Positions 24,106 through 36,830 of a stretch of 64,000 nt of DNA are shown here, piece after piece. The position numbers and the translations under genes are program-made. Below the pieces are notes generated by a model that saw nothing but the letters and a program-made list of their open reading frames with translations, did not search any database and was not told the origin of the DNA. The stretch comes from Psammoneis japonica (lineage: Eukaryota). Numbering within the stretch: position 1 is the stretch's first letter; the number at the start of each line of letters is the position of its first letter. The stretch spans positions 248,001 through 312,000 of the forward strand of contig QPGO01000005.1 of assembly GCA_008632985.1 (NCBI GenBank), in the 5' to 3' direction.

Positions 24106-26411
24106 CTAGTTAATCCCCAAGAAAACAAGGGCAAGAGACAACAATGACGCAACGGAAACCGTGGCACGGGTAACACCACTTGGAGCTTCCGTCGGTAAGG
24201 ATGTGGACATAGCCGTTGGCGTTGACATTGTCGAAGGTGATGGAGGCGTTGTCGGTGGCGTCACCGGAGCATCGCCTTCACAAGTAAATTCCCAGTAAGA
24301 GAGAGTTCCTGACCACGCTCCAGCAAACACCATGGCTGCTTTACCAGTGGGGCTTTCTGACGCATCCAAAAATATGATGCTCTCCGCATCTATCTCGCCG
24401 AGAGTCCTCTGTTCATACGCCAACCCTGGACTAAGTGTCTCGGAAGCCTCGGAGAGATGGAACGTTTGTACAAATTGTGGATTCATCACATCGTCCAGAT
24501 TGTACAGATAACCGACTGAATTCTTCTCCGATACGGTGACTGCAAAGCGACTGCCACAGGCTTCGCCGACTACAACCGCTTCAGCAGCTGGTCCATCCTT
24601 GAGAGAACGTTCATCAACAGTTTGTCCGAGAGGACAGGCACCTGGCATTCCATCTCCTCCATCCTCGCATCCGTCGCCATCGGGAAATGCATTAACCTCA
24701 TCAATGGTTTCACGAAGATCTTCGTCCGCGAGCTGGTATGCAGTTCCATTGACGGGAGAAAACTCTTCGTCTTGGATTCCATTGTGAGCCCAGGGAAACC
24801 CTTGGAATCCCTCCTTCTCAAACTCGTCTCCCGAATCCCACACCATGGTCATTTCAGTCGCAGTAACCTTGTAAATGGAGATTCCTCTTCCTCCAAGTGC
24901 CACGAGCCTGACAATATTTGGGGCCTGTGGATCTGAGTAATCAACCATGGAGGACCCAACGGTGAGTCTCAAGCTTCCAGAACAAAACGGAGTCGCGGCA
25001 TTCGTTTCGTTGCATGCTGCGTTGAAGTATTTGCTGCTTCCAGCAGTAACGTCGTTGGGATCAAAGACCGAAATGTTGGCGGTGGCACCGAGCATTGTAA
25101 TATTAGCACCGTCAAAAACATCCTTCGCCTTGACCTTTTCCTCGTAGTCCCCGTATTCCTTGTCGTCGCCCTCATTGGCCGTGATAATGTACGTGGTGCC
25201 GTCGACGGTGAAGCTTGCAATCGAGTCGGGCGTTCGGGTGGAATACAGGCCCTCCACCATGACAGACGAGAAGTCGTCGTCTTCGACCACGTCGATACCA
25301 GTCGTGGACCAATCCTTGAGACCATACCTGTAAACAACATGGAGTATCTTAGAAGTCAGAAGGCATCACGAGGGCCGCATCCAAACTTATGTAACGAATA
25401 GCCGATTAACTGACTCACCCAAAGATCTCAGTTGCTGTACCACTTTCAACGTCAACCGTCACAAGTGCACAATTCTCTTGCAGGTTAACAAACAACGTCG
25501 AACCATCTTCCGACCACGCAAGGTATTCGGGCTCAAGGTTGGAAGCGGGCTCGTAATTAGCACGGGCATCCGCAAAGTCGAGATCGTCGGCGATTGCCGA
25601 AACGTCATCCCAATATTCGAGAGCATTCAAATGGAGCGGCATGTGAACTCCCTTTTCGAGTAGTTCGTCGTCAGTCCACACATTCAAGGAAACAGTGACG
25701 ACCTCTACAGTACCATTGAAGGGTCCCTTGATGAGAGATACGCTGCCTTCCGGGTCCACCAACGAAGTTTCGTATTCTCCTTCTCCTTCGTTGGCGACAC
25801 CGAGAATGGTGCAGGTGGGATTGGGTAAGACCATGTCTGGACCAACTCCAACCTCCACGTCCTGAACAAACTCTGGTTCAATAATCTCGTCTTGAACGGT
25901 CTTTTCAGAAGACGGTTCAACGCCCGTGCCAATTGTCCTCTTGGCAGTTTTGTAGACGCTGACTTTTCCATTGTTGGGATCATCCTTACTCGCAACGAAA
26001 AGATACTCTCCACAGACTTCAACGTCGGTGAGTGTATCCTCCAAGAAAATAACAAAGGGCTCTTGCTTGGCGTTGGCGGGATCTTTAAAGTCAATAACCG
26101 TTACGTATCCCTTTTCACTTGCGCCGTACACGATCTTGTGGAGAGGATCATACGCGATCTGTTCCAAGGCACCAAGACCAAATCCGAATCTAGCAATAAT
26201 GTTCGTGCAAGGATTTTAGAAAAAGGTTAAGGTAGCTACTTCATCGAGCACAGTAGGGCTACAGTACTTACAAATCAGGTTGTCCCGTTCCGTTGGCATT
26301 AACGTATCCAGCTGCATGGTAGGTACGAGCGACAAAATCAAAGCTTGAGAGCTGCGACTGCACTGAAACAGCAGTGCTGAGCATCAAGGTTGACGCAAAA
26401 AAGAGCTTCAT
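24106..26411 (-). CDS. Choice-of-anchor I family / alkaline-phosphatase-like secreted protein with a Thr/Pro stalk and a probable GPI/TM tail; 3 exons
   Basis: Signal peptide MKLFFASTLMLSTAV. Motifs VGVGPDM, VANEGEG, DPEGSVS, EPEY, LQENCA, TANEGDD, GGRG.SI, DSGDEFE and DERS.KDGP. Introns near 26211-26270 and 25329-25417. Confidence 0.85.
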
Positions 26412-26827
26412 GGTGGTTGACGCCCTTGGGAAAATAAATAATGAGGCGTGTTCCTTGTTGGATATAGTGGCATATCTTTCACATGCTCCACCACGTCAAA
26501 GATTCGTTGTCCATCCCACACAGAGGCATACTGTAGGGGCTACACACTCCCAATAGGTTGAAGGTAATCGAGCTTGACAGTGAAACGAAAATCTGTTGGA
26601 TGGCACGGAAGATTCGCGGATTGCAGGATGATTCAGAGGAAGATTCCATGCAGATTATCTTGGCGCAGGAAACGCTTGGCGCGAAACTTGAGATACGGAC
26701 AGAGGCCAGACTGAATTTGTCGAACGCGAACGAGCGCAGTACAGACATGCTTCCCGCGCAAAGACCGATCAAATCGCGCGGTCCACCGCCTCTGCCGACC
26801 GCCCACCTGCCCTCATTCCTTCTGGCA

Positions 26828-27755
26828 ATGGCGGAGGGGACTGAGGAAACGGACTTCCATCCTCTCGAGAATGGTGCGTTACGTGGCTAAGCGTTATCCC
26901 TGAATGTCATCGTTCTTGTACAAGGCGGTGGTTATGTTTCGAGGTTGTTTGCCTCCAGAGATCACCACGCCTCTCGAGCGGCTGTTGTTTTTTCCTCCGA
27001 ATCGTTTTTGGTCTGCGTAGGATTTGTACTGCAGTTGACGTAACGCGTGGTTTGCTGTGCACCGTCCAATTCAATCAAAGCGTGTGTTGCGCGTAAAACT
27101 GTCTGCTCTTGTCATTTCAATCAAAACATGCTCATTAACTCATCTCACCTCCCTTCCATAACCTTGCTGAATGACTCCATTAAACGCAGAGTGGGTTTTG
27201 TGGGAACACGCTGGTGGCGCAACCAAAGATCCCAACAAATGGAAAGAAAACATGAAAGAGCTGTGCAGCTTTAACAGCATTGAAGGCTTTTGGCGGTACT
27301 TTAATCACATTCCCCGACCCTCTGAGGTTTTCTTTGACGGTGACAGTCGCAAGCGCATCGGACCCGAGGGAAAGACCGTGGAGGAGTACAGCCTTTTCAA
27401 ACGGGGTATTGAGCCCGAATGGGGTGATCCCAAGAACGTGACGGGGGGAGAGTGGTTTTGTCGACAGTACTTTGAGGGGGACGTCCTGGATTTGTACTGG
27501 CAGAATCTCGTCTTGGCGGTGGTGGGCGAAGTCATTGAAGACGGGCACGGGGAAGTAGAGAGTCATGTCAATGGAGCAAGAGTCGTTGATAAGGGCAGAG
27601 GATATCCCATGTTTCGCCTAGAACTGTGGATCAACACGAGAAACCCAGATGTTAAGGAACGGATTCGGCAGAAAATGGTGGATGTCATGACGGATGGACA
27701 GCCACCCTCGAGAAAGGCGCACCCAAAGTTTGATTGGAAAGACCACAGCAGTTAA
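26828..27755 (+). CDS. eIF4E: Eukaryotic translation initiation factor 4E family member; 2 exons (26828-26873, 27190-27755)
   Basis: The spliced product reads HPLENEWVLWEH...SIEGFWRYF...LFKRGIEPEWGDPKNVTGGEW, the eIF4E signature. Confidence 0.92.
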
Positions 27756-27837
27756 TTTTTTTCATCTCTAGTGGAGACAACCAACCCCCCATACAACACT
27801 CCCCATACAACACTCTACTCCTATTTGTTATTAGATT

Positions 27838-30800
27838 TTAGGATGTAGATTTTACAGCAACCTTTGCCATTGATCCAAGCTCTTCCAACGACATGGGTTT
27901 CCACTGAGAGCCCTGAAAGGCAAACACGACATTCGAGTCCAAGTATATGGGGACAGAGCCGAATAGAAACACTTGCTTCCCGTCCTTGAGGGCGTTGGCA
28001 CCCATGCGGGGAAGAAAGTCAACATCTTGTTCTCGCGCATAGTCTTGTACCACATCACGAAAGGTCGAGCTCTCTTCCTTCTTGTATGCCGACGTGGATG
28101 CAAAGCCCTTTTGATCTTGATGAGCGTCTCGTTCCGCTTGATTCAATTCTGATTGGGCCTTCACTTGCTTCTCCTTTTGGCGGCGGGCCAACACGACACG
28201 GTAGTTGACGTCACTGTTGGGACGCAAATCGTTAAGTGCATCTTGAGTAACATCAGAAGAATCCGGCTGTTGGACCGCTTGAATCATTAACAAACCACCG
28301 TAGAAAATTCGACATATTCTGCTGTCCTTGCACAGTAGCAGCCAAGGTTTCCCTTCGTATCCAGATTCCTTCATGCCTTTGCGGGTGTCAAAGAAGAGTC
28401 GCCATTTCCACTCGAGATAGTACTCTGCAACACTCTTCATGTCGAGTTCCTTTTTGTTGGACGATGTCAAGATCCATGTATAAAGAGTCTTGGCCCAGTT
28501 CTGTAACAGCTCGCCCTCTACCATACTCAAAAACTCGACCTCGGAAAGCAAACCTAGTCCATTCAGCCGAAACAAGACACGAACCGGTGACAGAACATTG
28601 CCATTCGCGGCGCCATCGTTGCTCCGCATTTTGAGATTGGACAAGCAACGACCCAGTCTAGGTGTTATGTAGTGAGACGTTAGATCGTGCACCGTGGTGG
28701 ATTTGAAAACAAATTTCCAAGGTTTCAGCGTCTCCAAGGACGCCTGCAGAAATTCATCGTCGTTGGAGACCTTGCGTTGTAGAAACGACATGGCGCTTTT
28801 GATCTTTCTCTTGATATCAGAAACCAATGTTGGAAGAATAGAACGATTGTAGTCCAAGTGTTGTACCCAGGGAAGGACCCAGAGGTCGATGCGGTCTTGG
28901 AGTTGAGCACGTGCTGAAGCCTCCCCGTTCTCAACGAATTGTGGCTTCCATTGACTTACGCATCGTGCGAGCTTGGGATAGATGGTATCATGGACAAGTT
29001 CATCTTGTATTACATGGACGAGGTTCGGTAAACCGCCATGGTCATCATCGGGAGCATCTGAAGTCATGAGTACGTGGTTTTCGTCTTGTTTGTGATCGGC
29101 TGTTGGCGATATGAGTGCAGCTGCTCGAATCATTGCTTCGTACAAGGCAAGGGGTCGTTCGACGTTGCTCATGGGATCCCATTTCACTGACTGGAGCGCC
29201 TTCTTAACTCTAGGAACAACGTGATTCACGAAAAGGGACTGCCTCATTGCAATGATATCCTTTTCATTGACTGAAGAGTTTGATTCCGCATCGTTTCCAT
29301 TCAACGTCAAAATGAAATTGATGAGTGCTTCAGATGTACTGATCGAGTCTTCCAGAGGCTCCCATCCACTCAACCGATTCTCTACAAGGGAACTGAATAA
29401 CGACGGTGCGAGGACTGTGTTGAATCGCAGAGACACCTTTTCTTCAGAGGTAAAGCTATCGCCCAACTCTTTGACCAACGATTCAACCTTGGCTGCCGCT
29501 GCAGGATCGTCGCTCTTTTGCAAAACATCAATTTGATCCATTATTCTCAAGACACGTTGCATTTTGTCAATCCGTTCTTGTCCATCCTTTTGTCTCCGTT
29601 TCATATCTGCAATGTCTGATTCGATGCTCTGGACTTTACGCTTGGTTGACTGAACAAAGTGAGACGTCGAGTGAAGTTTGTTTTCGTAGGTGTTGAGAAT
29701 CAAGGTTACATTGTGCAGAAGCTCTTCGGCGAGAGGAACCTCCTTTTTGGATCCATCGGCTGACGTCGATAAGGAAGGACCCCTCATATCTATAATGACT
29801 GGCTTGTCTTGTTGGTTCTCTAAAACTTGCGTAGCAGACACAATGTTTCGCTTCGGTCGTTTGGCTTGGCGTTTCGAGTATTGTCCGCCCTTTCTCCACG
29901 ATTCCTGCTCCAAGAGTTCCTGCGTACTGGGTAACGCCGATGCCGAGAGCGACATGGCCATACCATCATCCGCCTGCTGCTTCTTTTGTTTCTTTGGCAA
30001 TTCGATACCACGAACCTCAGCTTCAATTTGTTGGTTCACCTTGAGCTTTGTTGCTTCCTTGAAATTCCCGTAACCAAGGCCGAGGTTGTTTGGTCGAACG
30101 ACAACTTCGACAGGACGCGAAATGCCTTTTCGGGACTTTGCCTCTGTTTGCAGGTCTGTTTGTCCTTCTTGGTCTTGTCCCTTTTCGTCTTTCTTTTTCA
30201 CAACTCGTCGATTCGATCCCAGCCCCCCACTGCCTTTGTATCCCATTTTGGTAAGCAACTTCATCCCGATACCTTTGGTGTGCTTCTCCCATTTCCCAAG
30301 GTTTGGGTCAATTTTCGGTTTCTCAGACACAAAACCGCCACCACTTCCTAATCCGAATGATGCGGCCATGTTGGAAGACATGCCCAATCCCATCTGAGAC
30401 ATGCCAAACGGTTGCTGGTCAAGCTCTTGACTCGGTTTCTGAGACGACGGCTCAAATCCCAACCCACCACCTGGTGTTACCATATCAATATCGGTTCTTC
30501 TGGTAGGAGGCTCTGATGGAGCTGACATACTAAGAGGTCTTTTGCGACCGCCACCCTTTTTCTTCCCTCGTCCCAACAATTCCAGGAATCTCTTATTTGC
30601 CGCGTCCTTTTCCTCTTTAAGCAGTCGCTTTTGTTCCTCCTCTTCTTTTTTCCGTATAGCTTCTTCCTCTAATTCTTTTGGGCTTTTACTTTCCCGTCTA
30701 TCAGATGTGCCATCGTTTAGATCCGCTTCATCGACTTGAGTCTTTTCTTTTTCCTTTACAAAGCTATCTTCCGTTTTGCTCTTGACAAAGTTCATGGTGG

Positions 30801-31059
30801 ACGGACCGTCGTTCTTCTGATAGTGAATATGACGCCTCGAGGTAAAACGATCATCTTCATCATTGTCTGAGTCTAAAAAGACCCCATACGTCGCAACATC
30901 ATGTCCATTCTCGGTCTGCTCTTCGCGGTCTTCGTCGCCAAATGTGGTGTAGGCGAACTTTCGTTTCTTGGAAGCCACAAACTCCACAACATCATCATCG
31001 TCACTGTCTACAGATATAGCGTCACTATCATCGTGGTAACCACCATGGGGGTCTTCCAT
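27838..31059 (-). CDS. TFIP11: Tuftelin-interacting protein 11 / Ntr1-like spliceosome disassembly factor (G-patch + GCFC)
   Basis: G-patch 'WEKHTKGIGMKLLTKMGYKGSGGLG...GISRPVEVVVRPNNLGLG', 'EELLHNV' and the C-terminal 'DGKQVFLFG'. Single 1073-aa ORF. Confidence 0.9.
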   Translation of the reverse strand: MEDPHGGYHDDSDAISVDSDDDDVVEFVASKKRKFAYTTFGDEDREEQTENGHDVATYGVFLDSDNDEDDRFTSRRHIHYQKNDGPSTMNFVKSKTEDSFVKEKEKTQVDEADLNDGTSDRRESKSPKELEEEAIRKKEEEEQKRLLKEEKDAANKRFLELLGRGKKKGGGRKRPLSMSAPSEPPTRRTDIDMVTPGGGLGFEPSSQKPSQELDQQPFGMSQMGLGMSSNMAASFGLGSGGGFVSEKPKIDPNLGKWEKHTKGIGMKLLTKMGYKGSGGLGSNRRVVKKKDEKGQDQEGQTDLQTEAKSRKGISRPVEVVVRPNNLGLGYGNFKEATKLKVNQQIEAEVRGIELPKKQKKQQADDGMAMSLSASALPSTQELLEQESWRKGGQYSKRQAKRPKRNIVSATQVLENQQDKPVIIDMRGPSLSTSADGSKKEVPLAEELLHNVTLILNTYENKLHSTSHFVQSTKRKVQSIESDIADMKRRQKDGQERIDKMQRVLRIMDQIDVLQKSDDPAAAAKVESLVKELGDSFTSEEKVSLRFNTVLAPSLFSSLVENRLSGWEPLEDSISTSEALINFILTLNGNDAESNSSVNEKDIIAMRQSLFVNHVVPRVKKALQSVKWDPMSNVERPLALYEAMIRAAALISPTADHKQDENHVLMTSDAPDDDHGGLPNLVHVIQDELVHDTIYPKLARCVSQWKPQFVENGEASARAQLQDRIDLWVLPWVQHLDYNRSILPTLVSDIKRKIKSAMSFLQRKVSNDDEFLQASLETLKPWKFVFKSTTVHDLTSHYITPRLGRCLSNLKMRSNDGAANGNVLSPVRVLFRLNGLGLLSEVEFLSMVEGELLQNWAKTLYTWILTSSNKKELDMKSVAEYYLEWKWRLFFDTRKGMKESGYEGKPWLLLCKDSRICRIFYGGLLMIQAVQQPDSSDVTQDALNDLRPNSDVNYRVVLARRQKEKQVKAQSELNQAERDAHQDQKGFASTSAYKKEESSTFRDVVQDYAREQDVDFLPRMGANALKDGKQVFLFGSVPIYLDSNVVFAFQGSQWKPMSLEELGSMAKVAVKSTS

Positions 31060-31159
31060 TATGTGTAAGCGTAAGAATGTTTCGGATTATAGAGCGGCAA
31101 GGTGCGAGAAGGGGATTTCTACATCCGTACCTGTCGCATCATTGTCACCGAGTGAATAA

Positions 31160-31290
31160 ACTGTGATGCGTGATGCGAATGGCGAATGGGCACAGAAAGA
31201 AAGCAAGGAGCGGATGGACGGACAGCCTCTCACGTCTGAAAAGCGCGGGAAACCGTACAACGTACAGACCCCAAAATTTGACGCACGTTG
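31160..31290 (+). promoter_or_regulatory. Promoter-proximal segment duplicated at 43505-43640
   Basis: Identical 30-bp core gggaaaccgtacaacgtacagaccccaaaa at 31247-31276 and 43596-43625. Lies about 190 bp upstream of TFIP11. Confidence 0.65.
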
Positions 31291-31626
31291 TCTTCGCTCT
31301 TCCATGAACATGAGGATGATGAGACATGGTCCATTGGAGCAAAGCGAGGACAGGAAGTGGAAGTTTATCCTGGAGTTGTTGTCAGTCAAAAATCAAGCAG
31401 AGAAAAGTGGCCTCAGATTCTGGAAAATGTTTGTCATTTGAAAACCCAAAAACAGGCAGGAAACGGCGAAAACGGAACAGTGCAAAAGGCGCGCAACACA
31501 GTCATCCCTGTGACGCAACCAAGACGGATGACCGGACCTACAGTATCTACTTCTATCGGAGCGATTGATGCACCATGATGAGCGACGGAAGTTCGTTGTC
31601 CCCGTCGCCCCGTTGCTGCTAAAACA

Positions 31627-34400
31627 ATGTCATCTACGACGGGTGAGAAGATCTTGCATTGCTTCGTGGAGAATGAGCAGCTGCTGATGCTGGTGAAGGT
31701 TACAGAGCAGCATCAAAACAAGCACGTACCGCTGCCACTGCTCTCCGTCTATCTGCCCTATACGAGCACTGTCAGGGAGCTGAAAATGATCATTCAGGAG
31801 CAAGCTGGCACAGAAGCAAAGGACCAGCATTTGCACATTGCTGGAAATGCGATCTTTCATGGTGCCATTGCGGAAGCGCACCAAGATGTGTTCCAAGTGG
31901 GGTTGCAGGATCTGTCCCCATAGCGGGAATCACTCCAGATCGAAAAAGTGTTTTCATGTGCGTTGGATCAGAAAAAGATGGGAATCATCTTCTCAATGTT
32001 GCACACAAATGATGTCGCCGAAAATGAGAGTGATGGTGTTGAATCACAAAGTCAATGACAATGTAAACAAACATCATCAGTTCAATGAGTTGTTGTGATG
32101 TTCTGCTGTCATTCTCATTTTCGGCGGGAAAGCATGTGCAAGCATTCGATTCTATAGAACAATGACAAAAGGACCCTCATGAAAACACTTTTCTGGAAGT
32201 TGATTGTGGGTCGAGGGTGATTCCCGCCATGGGGAGAGATCCGGGGTTGCGCAGGGTGCCACTCGATCCATGTCTCGAAGCCCTTTACGACATGACTGGA
32301 CATGGAGACGTTCACGAGCGCGATGAAATCATGGCCAAAATGACCACTCCACGAGATGCGCAAAATTGTCCTGGAGGTCACCAATTGACGGCTCTCTTTG
32401 ACGATGATGTGGAAAGCACAGAGGAAGTGCAAGAGGAACGCAAGCGGCATGTCTGTGTCAAATGCCACACACCCGGAAACCCCAATGTGAGAATCACATC
32501 GGGTGACGGTTTGGTGAGGTTTCTGCCTCTTGTTTGTTGGGAGTGCAACTTTTCTCTCTGCAAGTCTTGTCACCATGATGACATCGGAAGAGGCAAGATC
32601 AACGATCCGTGTGAGAGCCTCCAGGATTTGGCTGCCGGTGTCAGTCGTAATGTGGCAGGTTGTGCTTGCTGGTTTGGAGGCCATGGTCATGTGAATGGCC
32701 ACCCGGTTGTTGGGTGTGGGTCAGAACATGTGAACAAGCGACTTTGTCAACCTGCCAACAGATGTCGAAGGGACGATGAACATGGAATCGTCATTGACAG
32801 AAATCAGCAGGTTCTTCAACAAGGCGTCCGTGTCCAAGTCCATTTTGATGAAGATGCGAGGAGTGTTCTGACTGCCGCAGGAAAGGAGGACTCGCTAATG
32901 AAGCTTGAAATTGACACCATTCTGGAAGATGGAGCAACCACGATGGATGTGGTTAAACTTCGGGGGATTCTACGCGGGGAAGACCTTTGGTCCATTGTCA
33001 CAAATGAATTGAAAGACAGGTTCCCGATGCACACAGATCCGCGTGCCCATGAAACAATGAAAGTTGCATCCTTTGAGGCCGGAAAAGTCGTTCTCGAGAT
33101 CAGCTTCAAAGTTTCTGATGCCGCAGACTGCCAGAGGTGTCCAGTTTTACACCTGTGATGCACCAAAGAGAGCACATTCAGCAGTTGGCTGTCGACATGT
33201 TTGGGCCTAACTCACAAAGTACAGTGCAACACAGTCGCCACATGATGAGCTTGTCAACTTTCTACTCGCACGGCGCTGATTGTCTGAAACTGGCGAAAAC
33301 GCCAAATTTCATGCGGCTGATCAGAGGACAGACCAGAGGCAAATTTGAGACAGTTTTTCGGGACAGCAACCAGGATGAGCCATGCAGCCAGAAGAAGAGG
33401 GATGGGAGGGGAAAACAGCATGTGAATGACAGGGGTTAGATGGGCAGTAAAATGAACAGGGGAGAGACACATTGTTGAAGCACACAGACAATCAAAATCT
33501 GGCTCTGCCTGCCCGGCAGATGACTTTTCAGATTGCTTGCTTCATGCGCGCACTCACAGGAGCATCTGGCCCATCTGGCGACCTTGAGCACGGCAACTTG
33601 GTGTGACTTGCATGTTGTCATCATCCAGGCCGGAACAAGACCCTTTGCTTCAAGGTGGGACTTGGCTGTTTTGTCAGCTTTTGAAGAGTGTGTGAAGCCA
33701 ATTGCAAGAGGCAGGATTTGCTCACACCATGCAAAAACAATGGTGCGAGATTTGAGCTGTCTGACTTGCAAGGTGATTGATCTCAAGTCATTGCATGTGT
33801 GCTTTCTTGACTGCATGTGTGGATCAAGCAGATGGAGAGTGACAGCATCGGGCAGAGCTCTCAAACCTCTCTGTGCAGCTGTTGTTGAGGCTGCAGGTGC
33901 TGGAAAAAGCACCATGATGAGTGCATTGGTGGTGTGCTGCTGTTCAACGAGAGATGTTTCAACCAAATGGCGGTGTGTTCATGGGTGGGCCAACTGGGTC
34001 ATCAGCTGCATTTGAGGCTTTGGGGAGACATGGCATTGGGGCTGTTTTCCACACCTGTTTGCAACTCAAGCTCGGCCAAAATGCTGCCATTGTCTGGAAC
34101 CACCTCTGCTTTGCTGACCTCCTGAAACAGAAGAACAATTGCAGGGGGGGGGGGTTGAGCAAAGTTTGGCTTTGCTGGCTTCCATGGGCTGTGCTTCCCA
34201 CAATTGTTGGCAAACTGCATGTGATGGGAGTTGTTGTGGTGAGGACCCATGCAGGAATAAGATCCAAGCACTTGGGCAGATGTTTTGGGTGTTGTGTGAA
34301 TCACCAAACCATTTTGTGCAGAGCGCACATGCACACAATGCAGGGACACACAGAGCTCAAGTCATTGCACAGAGTCAACCACACTTGGCACTGAACAGAT
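31627..34400 (+). pseudogene. Decaying multidomain gene: ubiquitin-like domain, ZZ/C1-like zinc finger, P-loop NTPase
   Basis: 'TVRELKMIIQEQAGTEAKDQHLHIAG' (Ubl-like), 'CPGGHQL...CVKC...CWECNFSLCKSCH', and 'AVVEAAGAGKSTMM' near 33880-33920. Stops and frameshifts increase 3'-ward. Confidence 0.5.
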
Positions 34401-36379
34401 CCTGTGCAGACCCTTCACACAATGCACATCAAGAATTGTGTGGCAGCCAGACATGGCACAGATCAAATGTGTGGAACTCCTGCAGCCAATCACAGGCTCA
34501 GCATGCTGGGAGTCATGTTTTCATCACAACTGCACTTTTGCACAATCAGCTGTCAGCTGTGGACAGCTTCAGATGCACAAAGGTGGCATGACACATGCTG
34601 CTGCAGGGATGCCTGTGGCAGCAGAGATGAAGCTTTCTTTCTGCAATGCACCAATCTCCAGATGTTGGTTGGAGTTGACTTGTCAGAGTTGCTGCCTGTT
34701 TCTTGTGGTGTGTTTGGCACTCCTCTGGGTCCTTCTGCCAACACCAAGCATTTCTTGAGAGCAGAGTTGTTGAGCATGCAGGTGTTTCTTCAATGTGGGC
34801 CAATGATGTCATGACCATTCTGTCAAAGAAGAAGCATCAGACTGAGGGGCAAAAGAAGAACATCAAAGGCTGCTTGATGAAAAGAGGGTTTGGCTTTTTG
34901 ATGACAGCAAATGCTGAGACAAGCTGTTGGATGAGTTGCATCTTGTCAGAGGTGAGCACAGCAACAACAACAGGGAGCTTGTTTTGGGTGTGATGCATTG
35001 TTTCTTTCTGTCAGCAGGAAACCCATCAATGAGTGCAATCACTTGTGTTTGTCAAGGCTTTGTTTGGAGGATGATCCTTTTGTGATTGCAAAGTCATCAA
35101 CAAGAGGCAAAATGAGGTTGGAGTTTCCAACCACTTTGACACTGGTTGTCTCATTGAGGCTTGTGGCTCATGCTTGCACTGGGGCAAAAGTTTCTCCTTT
35201 GCATGGTTGTGACTTCAAGAACCCTTCATGGGGGCTGTTTCATGGTTTGATGGGAGCCAGTGAGGAGATTGTTTTGCACCATGAGACAACCCAAATGAAG
35301 GACACCAGTCATTGCATGTTGTTGTCAACTTCAACAACAGCTCTTGTGGACCACAGCATGAGATTTGTCTTGTCCAAAGGCACGTGTTTGGGTGTGCTTG
35401 GCCAGGTGTCATAACAGCGTGCTCATCTCCACATGGAATGCTTGTCTTTGACCAAGTGGTGTGCTCCTGCTGTTCTTTGCATTGCACATCCTTGCAGCAG
35501 GCGCTGATGCTGTGAGAAAATCCCTTGTCCATTGAGGCTGTCATTTGCTTGCTGGACAGAGGGTGCATTTCAAGGACAAACGGCTGGGCAGGTTGAACCT
35601 GGGAAGCCACCTGATGATGTCCTTTGTGTCATTTTGGATGCTGGCTCTTGTTTTTTTTTAGGTGTGCCACAAGCTTGGGACATTCTGTGTTGTGCTTGGA
35701 AGGAGAATGTTGATCAGAGAGCTGCTGGGGTTGAGGATGACAAGCACGTGGGTTCTGCCATGTTCTTCCTTGACTTTGGGCTCAGACTGGTGGTGCGGAC
35801 TGTTTTGTCAGCTGCAGGGGATGGTTGGCTTGCCAGACAAACTGCACAGCACCATTGGTGTGACAAATGGATTGAACACCTCAAAGCTCATCCTTGTCCA
35901 GCAGGGCCAGCAGTTGAAGATGTTGAGTTTCTGCGCCAGTGGGCCATGACAACAAGAATCTTGCCATTGTGCATTGGCGCATGATGGACCGAGAAGCTGA
36001 CGAAGGCATTTGCACCTGACATGCCTTGGCTGACATTTTTTGTGGTGCTTTGAATGGCAAGAAGCTTGTGTGCCCACAATGTGCCAAGTGCTTGCAGCAC
36101 TGCCTTTGCAACAAACTGGCAATTTGGCCCTTTTTGATGAGCTCCACATCATGTGGAGCTCTCATTTTCATGTTGCTTCCACGTGGGAGCTTGCCAGACC
36201 ACGCAGGTCACCAGCGGCTGTTTTGAAATGGTTGTCTGGCCCCCTTTTGTAAAGACTGTTCAGAGAACACATGTTTTTGATGTTTTTCAATGTCTGGAAT
36301 CAGGGTGTTCTCATGGCAGCTGTGCAGATGTGGGCACTGAAAATGTGTGCATGTCCACATGAGCCTGTCCACCACCAAA

Positions 36380-36830
36380 TGCAATGTGCAGCTGCCAATG
36401 AGAGTCAATGCATCACGGCGACGTGTCACAGCCTTTAAATGTCACAAAGGGCGTGACAAAAGTGACCTTTTGTCTGCATGCATGCTGCGTTGTGAATTCA
36501 CAGCGGGGAGTGGTTCATCGTATGACCATCAGGCAGGAGGCCAGGGGTTCGAAACCCTGAGTGGGAGTTGTCTGCAGCAACGTTGATCACTGTCGAACGC
36601 GCAAAACTCTGTGCAGTTCTGCATGTTCCTTCGCACGCACCCACACTGTTCCGCCAAAACCGTGCAGTGTCAGCACACGTTAGTAAAGAGCCGCATGGAC
36701 GCGTGACACATGGGGAGGAGTGCAATGTGCAGCTGCCAATGAGAGTCAATGTGTCACGGCGACGTGTTGCAGCCTTCAAATGTCACAAAGGGCGTGACAA
36801 AAATGACCTTTTGTCTGCATGCATGCTGCA
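36380..36830 (+). mobile_element. TRIM-like miniature LTR retroelement (110-bp LTRs, 231-bp internal region)
   Basis: Direct repeats 36380-36489 and 36721-36830 (TG...CA in the 3' copy). PPT ggggaggag directly before the 3' LTR. 4-bp TSD caaa (36376-79 / 36831-34). Absent from the paralogous site near 42058. Confidence 0.85.

Noticed and set aside
34780..34820. 'MWANDV/MRADDV' as a reverse-transcriptase YxDD relic
   Set aside because: No other RT, RNase H or integrase motifs could be recognised around either copy.
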